Made by a program: the position numbers and the translations under genes
The notes under the pieces: generated by a model
Databases searched by the model: none
Told to the model about the DNA's origin: nothing
Seen by the model: only the letters and a program-made list of their open reading frames with translations
Part shown: piece after piece, positions 22,537 to 28,645 of the stretch
How positions within the stretch are numbered: the stretch's first letter is position 1
How the letters are laid out: every line of letters starts with the position of its first letter
Origin: a virus
Length of the DNA: 28,645 nt
Direction: 5' to 3' (one strand)
IMG/VR virus record: IMGVR_UViG_3300045988_157232
Location: 1-28,645 of that record

Positions 22537-23325
22537 ATGAAAAGAAGTAAAGAATTGTATTTTAAGGCATTAAGGAACTATGAACTTGCAGACGACGAAG
22601 TATTGCGGGACGATGTGATTTATTGCGCGAACTGCAACACGATAAGGGTGTTTCCTGACTTTGTGAACGATGACGGAACGCTGATACATATCGCTTGTCA
22701 GTGCCGTGATATGGCGCATCGGAAGTTGGAGAACGCCGAGAAAGAATGGGCGAGAAAACAAAAGATTGCACAATTAAAGGAAATCTCGCTTATGGACGAA
22801 CGATATTCGACGGTATCGTTCCTGAACACGAGAACGGACAACCCTGAACTGAAAAAGGCGTATGACAAGTGTGTCGATTATTGCCTTAACGCACAAAAGA
22901 ACTGCTATGACGGCAAAGGCGTTTACATCAGCGGGGCTGTCGGAGTGGGCAAAACGCACTTAACGGCGTGTATGGCGAACGAACTGTTGGAGCAGGGCTT
23001 TAAGGTCAAGTTTACGAACATAAGCCGAATTGCTGACCTTATATTGACGAACGACACGACCGAACTCAATCAGGTGCGGAATTGCGACTTCCTGTTCATT
23101 GATGACTTCGGCAAAGAGTTGGTGTGGAAGAACGGCTCGGACGGGTGGTTGCAACAAAAGGTGTTCAATCTCATAAACGACCGTTACAACGCGATGCGAC
23201 CGATGATATTCTCATCAAACTATACGCTTATGGACTTGTTGGCAAAGCACTACGACCGTGCGACAATTGACCGCATAAGGGAAATGAACGAACAGATTGA
23301 AGTCAAGGGGGATAATTGGAGATGA
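22537..23325 (+). CDS. DnaC / IstB-like AAA+ helicase loader
   Basis: Walker A GAVGVGKTHL and Walker B FLFIDDFGKE, with an N-terminal Cys cluster CANCNT...CQC. I preferred ATG 22537 to the non-ATG track start at 22525. Confidence 0.85.
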   Translation: MKRSKELYFKALRNYELADDEVLRDDVIYCANCNTIRVFPDFVNDDGTLIHIACQCRDMAHRKLENAEKEWARKQKIAQLKEISLMDERYSTVSFLNTRTDNPELKKAYDKCVDYCLNAQKNCYDGKGVYISGAVGVGKTHLTACMANELLEQGFKVKFTNISRIADLILTNDTTELNQVRNCDFLFIDDFGKELVWKNGSDGWLQQKVFNLINDRYNAMRPMIFSSNYTLMDLLAKHYDRATIDRIREMNEQIEVKGDNWR

Positions 23326-23360
23326 ACGAACAATATGCGGTATATTGAGGAGTATGATAT

Positions 23361-23417
23361 ATGATTGAAAATTTATCAAACGCTAACACGGCATTGCAAG
23401 ACTTGTGGGGAAAATGA
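23361..23417 (+). CDS. 18-codon micro-ORF (MIENLSNANTALQDLWGK)
   Basis: gaggag lies 8 nt upstream, and the stop overlaps the next ATG (ATGA). Confidence 0.2.
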   Translation: MIENLSNANTALQDLWGK

Positions 23418-23536
23418 ACGCACTATGGAGCGGAAAAGCGACATCTGCCGACAGACTTTCACTAAAAGAGATTATGAATATATGCAGATATATTGCGGAC
23501 GAATACGAAAAGTATTTGGGAGAGAATGAAATATGA
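23414..23536 (+). CDS. 40-aa hypothetical protein
   Basis: It has ATGA coupling at both ends, to the 18-codon ORF and to the methyltransferase start at 23533. Confidence 0.3.
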   Translation: MNALWSGKATSADRLSLKEIMNICRYIADEYEKYLGENEI

Positions 23537-24190
23537 TTATAGAACCAAATAATTGTTATAACATCGATTGCGAAATTGGTATGAAACTAATGCAAACGCA
23601 AGGATTAAAAGCCGATTGGTGTATTACTGACCCCCCTTATGGAATAGGTATTGACGGTCAAAAACTTTCTATAAACAAAAATCCTAAACACAATAGAAAA
23701 GAGTTTGAACACAAGGGGTGGGATAAAGGAATACCTGACAAAAACATTTTTGATTTAATGTTTAAGTTAAGCGAAAATCAAATAGTTTTTGGTGCTAATT
23801 ATTTTAACGAATATTTACCACAAGGGAAAAAAAGGGTGGGTTGTTTGGGACAAAGGACAAAGAGATTTAACTATGTCTGATTGCGAATTGATTTATACAA
23901 ACACAAATAACCCAACAAGAATAATTACATATAATCGAGTAGAATTATTAAAAGACGGAACTATACACCCAACACAAAAACCTATTGCTTTATTATGTAA
24001 ACTATTAAACACTTTTACAAAAGAAAATGATTTAATTTTAGACCCATTTGCAGGTAGCCAAAGCCTTCGTATTGCTTGTCATAAGTTGCAAAGGCAATAC
24101 ATAGGTTTTGAAATTGACAAAGAGTATTACGATAAAGGTTGCGAGTGGTATAATAAAGTCGCAAGTCAAATATCAATGTTTGACTTATAA
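23533..24190 (+). CDS. DNA methyltransferase (beta-class, DPPY) interrupted by a 1-nt frame change in an A7 tract. It may be a pseudogene, an assembly error or a slippage site.
   Basis: ORF 23533-23880 carries motif IV ITDPPYG. ORF 23789-24190, in the +1 frame, carries ...GWVVWDKGQ..., HPTQKP and motif I ILDPFAGSQS. The two frames meet at aaaaaaa (23827-23833), and removing one A restores a single 218-aa ORF. Confidence 0.8.
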
Positions 24191-24291
24191 ACAATGCACC
24201 GTCTGGGCGGGGGCGGCGTAAATAAACAACAACGTAATAAAATAACACCCTTGTCGGGAAACCGCCCTTTCTCGGCTGACATAAAAAGGAC

Positions 24292-24320
24292 TTTACAAAA
24301 CAACGGGAGTGTGATATAAT
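24292..24320 (+). promoter_or_regulatory. Promoter P5 (TTTACA-17-TATAAT with an upstream TG)
   Basis: tttaca at 24292-24297, a 17-nt spacer, and tataat at 24315-24320. The -10 box overlaps ATG 24319. Confidence 0.55.
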
Positions 24321-24510
24321 GAGTAAATCAAAGGCGAACGAATTATTGCAGGAACTGCATTCTAACCTTACGGCGAACTGGACGGGGAAAGCGCGCTTCT
24401 CGTCGTCGGATGCAATAAAGATGTGTCGGGAGATTGTATATGAATACGATAACGATGATACTAATCGGAATAACACTGCTGATAGTGTTTCCGATGTTGG
24501 CGAACAATGA
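24319..24510 (+). CDS. 63-aa hypothetical protein with an acidic C-terminus
   Basis: ORF with gggag 10 nt upstream. Its start conflicts with the overlapping -10 box, so the start or expression route is uncertain. Confidence 0.45.
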   Translation: MSKSKANELLQELHSNLTANWTGKARFSSSDAIKMCREIVYEYDNDDTNRNNTADSVSDVGEQ

Positions 24511-24773
24511 TTGACTACGACGAAAAGTGGAAAGAGTACCGTAATCGGGCGATACAGGCGTTAGGAACGGCGATTGTAATCACCTTGATAGTTGTGGCGA
24601 ACATCGGTCTTATAGCGTGCATAGGGCGGCTGACGGCGCAACAAACAAAGTATCTTCTGTATGCACAATGCGGACTTGTGGATATACTCGGGTGCGTGGG
24701 GATGATACATTGTTATCACTACTTTGACAAATGGAAGGAGAAGAAGAAAAATGGGAATGATAAGAACAAATGA
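24507..24773 (+). CDS. Small membrane protein (2 TM)
   Basis: 88 aa with an ATGA overlap. The hydrophobic segments are LGTAIVITLIVVANIGLIACIG and LLYAQCGLVDILGCVGMI. Confidence 0.6.
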   Translation: MIDYDEKWKEYRNRAIQALGTAIVITLIVVANIGLIACIGRLTAQQTKYLLYAQCGLVDILGCVGMIHCYHYFDKWKEKKKNGNDKNK

Positions 24774-24933
24774 CGGCAGGGTTATTGTGGCAATTCCGTC
24801 GGTGCGGAAAATCGGAGATAGTAAGTGGGCGGTCTATTTTATGGAAGATAACCAACTTTACACCGCTATCTTCTACACGGAAGAAAAGGCACGGCACAGA
24901 TATGAGAAAGAACTTGAAAAATGCACTCGATAA
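24751..24933 (+). CDS. 60-aa hypothetical protein
   Basis: ATG 24751 is preceded by ggaaggag and is in frame with the track ORF 24724-24933. Confidence 0.55.
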   Translation: MGMIRTNDGRVIVAIPSVRKIGDSKWAVYFMEDNQLYTAIFYTEEKARHRYEKELEKCTR

Positions 24934-24961
24934 CGGGTGTGTTTTTTTGTGCAAAAAATTT

Positions 24962-25024
24962 TTGAAAAAACTTTGAAAAAAATATTGAAAAACTATTGAC
25001 AATAGGAAGGGGCGGGTGTATAAT
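24962..25024 (+). promoter_or_regulatory. Promoter P4 (TTGACA-17-TATAAT) preceded by phased TTGAAA/A-tract repeats
   Basis: ttgaca at 24996-25001, a 17-nt spacer, and tataat at 25019-25024. TTGA elements lie at 24962, 24973, 24985 and 24996, spaced 11, 12 and 11 bp apart. The cassette is homologous to 116-206. Confidence 0.8.
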
Positions 25025-25069
25025 GTAAGAGTAAAGATTAAGAAAGGCGCAAGCCGAAAGGAGTATAAA

Positions 25070-25237
25070 ATGAAAGTGAAAGAAACAAGGACAATGCAAG
25101 TAAGTTTTAAGTTTGGCGGAATGGCTTATGTAAGCGTTGACATCTACGAGGGCAAAAGCCTGAACGAATGCCTGAAATTGAGAAGTAACGAAATTGACGG
25201 CGTTATAATTGACGGCTTGTATATCAAAATAGCATAA
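25070..25237 (+). CDS. 55-aa hypothetical protein, first gene behind P4
   Basis: ATG 25070 is preceded by aaaggag and is in frame with the track ORF 25016-25237. Confidence 0.6.
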   Translation: MKVKETRTMQVSFKFGGMAYVSVDIYEGKSLNECLKLRSNEIDGVIIDGLYIKIA

Positions 25238-25287
25238 TAGACAAACCGCCCGCCCGTGGGCATTGTACGCGGGCAAAGGAGAAAGAT

Positions 25288-25455
25288 ATGAACGCGAGAG
25301 AATTGGCGGAAAAACACGGCGTGAGCCATACATTGATTTACAATATGGCGAAGAAACTCGGCAGACTGCCGACAGATGAAGAAGTCGAAAACCGCAACCG
25401 CAAGACGGGAAGACCGCAGAAGTACAGGAGTATCGAAGATGAAGACGGAAAATAG
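25288..25455 (+). CDS. 55-aa helix-turn-helix DNA-binding protein
   Basis: ATG 25288 is preceded by aaaggag. The HTH-like segment is ARELAEKHGVSHTLIYNMAKKLG. It is below the ORF-track size cutoff. Confidence 0.55.
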   Translation: MNARELAEKHGVSHTLIYNMAKKLGRLPTDEEVENRNRKTGRPQKYRSIEDEDGK

Positions 25456-25606
25456 TTGCTATAACTGCCCGAACAGAAAGGAAGCGTGTCACGATAATTG
25501 CGAAGTCTATAAGGCGTGGAAAGCCGAGTATCAGCGCAAGGAAAAGGAAGAAACGAAGACACGCAAAGCGTATTACAATTACGTCTATTATAGGAGCAAA
25601 GATTGA
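25439..25606 (+). CDS. 55-aa Cys-rich protein (CYNCPNRKEACHDNC)
   Basis: ATG 25439 is preceded by aggag and is in frame with the track ORF 25376-25606. Confidence 0.5.
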   Translation: MKTENSCYNCPNRKEACHDNCEVYKAWKAEYQRKEKEETKTRKAYYNYVYYRSKD

Positions 25607-25779
25607 TGTACACGGTATTTTGCGGAAGAGTATGTTGCAATTTCAGCAAGTTAAGCGATGCGGACTATTTTGCAAGAAAGAACGGCACAGTGGTGTTCGG
25701 CATTGCGAGAACAGAAAACGAAAAAGGAGTGAAAAATGAAAATGGTAGCGAGTACAATGTTAACAGACGCGTATGGTGA
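25606..25779 (+). CDS. 57-aa hypothetical protein
   Basis: ATG 25606 overlaps the previous stop codon (TGATG), with aggag 9 nt upstream. It overlaps the next gene by 44 nt. Confidence 0.3.
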   Translation: MYTVFCGRVCCNFSKLSDADYFARKNGTVVFGIARTENEKGVKNENGSEYNVNRRVW

Positions 25780-26068
25780 TTATTGGAGCGACGGCGAAAA
25801 GGTGGAATTCCTTGACGCACTTGACGGGGCGATTGCCGAGATAGAAGAATTGGGCTTTGAGACCTACGCAAAGAGAACCCTTGCGAAACTCAAAGAGATG
25901 AAAGAGAATTGCAAGGAAGAAATCAAGGAAGAAGCAGAAGCCGAGGGTGTTTGCCCTGATTGCGGAGCGGACTTGGAATACGATGAAAGAAGCGGAGAAT
26001 ATGTGTGTCACGAATGCGGATACAATGGCGGATATGTGCCAAACGAAGACAGACTTGAAGATTACTGA
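25736..26068 (+). CDS. Acidic zinc-ribbon protein
   Basis: 110 aa with SD aaggag. The zinc-ribbon motif is CPDCGADL...CHECG. Confidence 0.65.
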   Translation: MKMVASTMLTDAYGDYWSDGEKVEFLDALDGAIAEIEELGFETYAKRTLAKLKEMKENCKEEIKEEAEAEGVCPDCGADLEYDERSGEYVCHECGYNGGYVPNEDRLEDY

Positions 26069-26240
26069 CGAACTTCCGACCGCTGACGACCTTATCGAAC
26101 TTATCGAAACATTGAATGCGGTTAAGGCGGAGAAGATAGTAAGGCTTGAACGGTACATTGAGTATCGGGAAGCAAGAAACAAACACGACCGCGACGATAT
26201 TGAGCGGCTGAAAAAATATTTACAGGAGTGCAAAAAATGA
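26025..26240 (+). CDS. About 71-aa coiled-coil hypothetical protein (start uncertain)
   Basis: It lies in the frame of track ORF 25947-26240. The ATGs at 26025 and 26034 are the first that limit overlap with the previous gene. No strong SD is present. Confidence 0.4.
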   Translation: MADMCQTKTDLKITDELPTADDLIELIETLNAVKAEKIVRLERYIEYREARNKHDRDDIERLKKYLQECKK

Positions 26241-27031
26241 AATTCAGAACATTAAAAGAAGATGAAATCGAGTGCCGAGTTGGGCAGATAAGTGCAAAGG
26301 GCTTTACGCTCTTACTGTATAAGAACGCAAGGGTTGATATGGACTTGCTGGACGAAACAGTGGGTGCGAAAAATTGGCAGCGAGACCACAAAGAACTCAA
26401 AGGCAACATTTATTGCGGAGTGTCTATTTGGGACGAAACCAAAAAGCAATGGATAACCAAATGGGACTGCGGAACGGAGAGTAACACCGAAAAGGAAAAA
26501 GGCGAAGCGTCTGACAGTTTCAAGAGAGCGTGTGTCAATGTGGGTATTGGCAGGGAACTCTACACATCGCCGTTCGTATGGATAAGCGACCACGTTAAGG
26601 AACGCAACGGCAAGTATGTTCCCGACATCAAAAATATGAAAGTGCAGGAGATAGGCTACACTGACGACCGCAAGATAAACAGGCTTGTCATTATAGGCGA
26701 TGGCGAAGTAATCTACGAGTACGGCAAGGAAACGCCGAAAAAGGCGGCTAAAACCGACGAAACGCCGAAAGCCGATAAATGGAGCGAAGAAGAACGCAAG
26801 GTGTTTGAGATGGGCGAATTTACCAAGCAAACAATAAGCGATATAAAATCGATTGAAATCAAATACGACAATCGTTATAACGGGATGACCGTTGGAGACC
26901 TGACTTATAACGGGGTTATCGACCTTATCGGCACGACCAAAAGTCAGTGGCTGAAAGATAGATTGTGTACTTACAGAGATTTTTTGGCGCAAACGCGCAT
27001 TGCGGGCGGAGAAGAAGAAACGCCGTTTTAA
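26237..27031 (+). CDS. Rad52-family single-strand annealing protein (Sak / DUF1071-like)
   Basis: ATG 26237 lies 8 nt after aggag. The signature ...KGEASDSFKRACVNVGIGRELY... is present. Confidence 0.8.
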   Translation: MKFRTLKEDEIECRVGQISAKGFTLLLYKNARVDMDLLDETVGAKNWQRDHKELKGNIYCGVSIWDETKKQWITKWDCGTESNTEKEKGEASDSFKRACVNVGIGRELYTSPFVWISDHVKERNGKYVPDIKNMKVQEIGYTDDRKINRLVIIGDGEVIYEYGKETPKKAAKTDETPKADKWSEEERKVFEMGEFTKQTISDIKSIEIKYDNRYNGMTVGDLTYNGVIDLIGTTKSQWLKDRLCTYRDFLAQTRIAGGEEETPF

Positions 27032-27034
27032 TCT

Positions 27035-27553
27035 ATGATAGAATTCCAAAGCAAAAAACCAAAGTTATCAATAAGCCTTGACGGGGCGGTCGAAGTAACA
27101 TTCACCGCTCCACGGGCGAAACTTGAAGCCTTAACCAACCTTGCAGACAAGGACTTTGATATTACAATAAAACAGCACCGCGAGAAACGAAGCCTTGACG
27201 CTAATGCGTATGCGTGGGTTTTAATCACTGCGATTGCGGACGAACTGCGGGCGAGCAAAGACGAGATTTACTTTGATATGCTGAAAAAGTACGGGCAGGG
27301 CGAACTCATAAGCGTTAAGACGGGTATCGACATAAGCGGGTTTGTTAAGTACTCCGAAGTCGCAGGGTATGGAAAGGTCAACGGTGTCGAGTTTACGCAT
27401 TACAGAGTTTACAAAGGCTCGTCGGAATACGACACAAGAGAGATGGCAATTTTCATCGATGGTATAGTATCAGAAGCGCAGGCATTGGGAATTGACACGA
27501 GAACGCCCGAAGAATTGGCGGAAATGAAATCATTATGGGAGCAGGGAAAATGA
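27035..27553 (+). CDS. NinB / Orf-like recombination mediator
   Basis: 172 aa. HREKRSLDANAYAWVLI resembles lambda NinB ERNRSLDQNRKLWACL. The later segment GSSEYDTREMAIFIDGIVSEAQALGI parallels the lambda STSRMRVGEFAELLELIQAFG region. Both lambda sequences are recalled from memory. Confidence 0.6.
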   Translation: MIEFQSKKPKLSISLDGAVEVTFTAPRAKLEALTNLADKDFDITIKQHREKRSLDANAYAWVLITAIADELRASKDEIYFDMLKKYGQGELISVKTGIDISGFVKYSEVAGYGKVNGVEFTHYRVYKGSSEYDTREMAIFIDGIVSEAQALGIDTRTPEELAEMKSLWEQGK

Positions 27554-28152
27554 ACAACAAACAGCGATACGCGATATTGAAGAAAAACAAAGAACAGTGG
27601 TTGAAGTATTATTCGATTAAGGACGAAAGCGGGATATATATCCTTACAAGGTACGACGACAACGGGTTCAAGTTTGCTTATGTGGGACAGGCAAAAAAGG
27701 TGCTTACAAGGCTTGCGGAACATCCTATGGGTTACAAACAACACATAGACTTTTCTTTGCGCAAACACGGCATTGGCGCACCGTTCGCAAAGGATGATAA
27801 ATGGAAATGCGAAAAGGTATTTTATTGTCCCGAAAGCGAACTCAACGATTTGGAGCAAGAGTGGATACGCAAGTGCCACGAACTCGGTTATCAGTTGCTT
27901 AACAAAACGACGGGAAGTCAAGGGCAAGGCAAGCAAGCATTGGGCGAGCAAAAGCCCGCAAAAGGCTATTACGACGGAATTAAGCAAGGTCGCAAGAAAG
28001 TAATCGACGAAATCAATAACAGGCTTACAAAGGGCGATATTCGGCTTGTAATCGAGTGTCCGAATAAACGAAAGGAACAACACCTTGCTAAACTTATGGA
28101 ACTTTTAGGGGAAAACGACGATGAAGATACGGAATACAGCGGAGATTGTTAA
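27550..28152 (+). CDS. GIY-YIG nuclease (free-standing homing-endonuclease-like)
   Basis: ATG 27550 forms an ATGA overlap, with gggag upstream. The motifs are SGIYILTR...YVGQAKKVLTRLAEH...E.EWI...GYQLLN. Confidence 0.75.
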   Translation: MNNKQRYAILKKNKEQWLKYYSIKDESGIYILTRYDDNGFKFAYVGQAKKVLTRLAEHPMGYKQHIDFSLRKHGIGAPFAKDDKWKCEKVFYCPESELNDLEQEWIRKCHELGYQLLNKTTGSQGQGKQALGEQKPAKGYYDGIKQGRKKVIDEINNRLTKGDIRLVIECPNKRKEQHLAKLMELLGENDDEDTEYSGDC

Positions 28153-28420
28153 AGAGATTTTAGAGCAAAAGCCGAGAGCGAGAGATTGCGACTTCGTGCT
28201 TTACGGTTTTGTGTTAAACAAGTACGGGTACTCGGTCAATATCCCGTTCAACGAGTTGGCGAACTTGGTAAAGGCGGAAGAATTACCATCGATGGAAACC
28301 GTCGGACGAGCGAGAAGAAAGGTTATGGAACTCTATCCGTCGTTGCGTGGTGATAGTTACAAGGTCAGGTTAGACAACACAGCGGAGTACATCGAGTTTG
28401 CAATGGATAAAAGCGTATGA
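28121..28420 (+). CDS. Conserved-looking phage hypothetical protein
   Basis: 99-aa ORF that overlaps both neighbours. Confidence 0.65.
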   Translation: MKIRNTAEIVKEILEQKPRARDCDFVLYGFVLNKYGYSVNIPFNELANLVKAEELPSMETVGRARRKVMELYPSLRGDSYKVRLDNTAEYIEFAMDKSV

Positions 28421-28645
28421 AATCAATAATCAAAGGCGATAGCGAAGATAGGTGCTATATTTGCGGACGGACGGGCTGGATAGAACGGCATCATATTTTT
28501 AACGGAACGGCAAACAGGAAGAAGTCGGAGAAGTACGGGCTAACCGTCCACTTGTGCCATTGGTGCCACAACGAGCCGCCGAACGGGGTACATTACAATC
28601 AGGAAATGGACACGCGCTTGAAACAAATCGGGCAACAAACGGCGA
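28417..28645 (+). CDS. 5' part of the junction-spanning HNH / Ref-like nuclease gene (continues at base 56 of the genome, i.e. 1-117 of this window)
   Basis: ATG 28417 overlaps the previous stop codon (ATGA). The ORF is still open at the window end and in frame with 1-117. Confidence 0.7.
   Translation, partial: MKSIIKGDSEDRCYICGRTGWIERHHIFNGTANRKKSEKYGLTVHLCHWCHNEPPNGVHYNQEMDTRLKQIGQQTA
28591..28645. repeat. Terminal direct repeat, copy 2 of 2
   Basis: Identical to bases 1-55. Confidence 0.95.

Noticed and set aside
23789-24190. 133-aa ORF treated as an independent gene starting at ATG 23789
   Set aside because: Its first roughly 12 codons overlap the upstream methyltransferase fragment and it lacks an SD. 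Its sequence continues the methyltransferase fold (motif I is C-terminal in beta-class enzymes), so it is the downstream half of one frameshift-interrupted gene.
24205-24267. G-rich gggcgggggcggcg paired with distant ccgccc, as a terminator or G-quadruplex after the methyltransferase gene
   Set aside because: The complementary arms are about 50 nt apart with no T-run. There are too few separated G-runs for a canonical quadruplex.
26312-27049. 245-aa minus-strand ORF. The same applies to 27409-28083 (224 aa), 24866-25492 (208 aa), 14428-15075 (215 aa) and 9661-10161 (166 aa).
   Set aside because: All are antisense shadows of + strand genes that have recognisable motifs or strong ribosome-binding sites. 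None has its own SD or promoter. The strong strand compositional bias depletes stop codons on the opposite strand.

Overview
The window is one complete tailed-phage genome of 28,590 bp. Bases 1-55 recur exactly at 28591-28645, and one gene reads in frame across that junction, so the molecule is circular or circularly permuted. Apart from one short regulatory island, everything is coded on the + strand. Gene junctions are tight, often ATGA overlaps, and most genes have AAGGAG-type Shine-Dalgarno sites. Seven near-consensus TTGACA-17-TATAAT promoters are present. Together these suggest a Bacillota (Firmicutes) host, which is an inference.

Gene order:
- An early block at 134-1781: a promoter, two paralogous coiled-coil proteins, small membrane proteins and a lipoprotein.
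- A promoter plus a structured ~105-nt leader at 1778-1918.
- A roughly 19-kb late operon. It encodes a ParB-N/DNA methyltransferase fusion, small and large terminase, portal, a Mu-F/SPP1-gp7-like head protein, scaffold, major capsid and connectors. These are followed by a compact tail module with no recognisable tape measure, a 1229-aa fibre with a 7-repeat propeller, a DUF6273-like protein and three membrane proteins.
- A 540-bp regulatory island at 21088-21658 holding the only minus-strand transcription units.
- A replisome organiser and DnaC-like loader, then a second methyltransferase interrupted in an A7 tract.
- Small early proteins behind a duplicated promoter cassette.
- A recombination module: Rad52/Sak-like annealase, NinB/Orf-like protein, GIY-YIG nuclease and a Ref-like HNH nuclease.

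I saw no integrase, CI-type repressor, tRNA, CRISPR array, reverse transcriptase or recognisable endolysin.

The most interesting items:
- the promoter-dense regulatory island, with a candidate sRNA and an attenuator-like leader in front of the replication genes;
- a lysis-position cassette of membrane proteins with no visible peptidoglycan hydrolase;
- a tail module without a tape measure;
- the propeller-type receptor-binding fibre;
- the homopolymer-interrupted methyltransferase.

All functional calls rest on motifs read by eye and on gene order. No database search was run.
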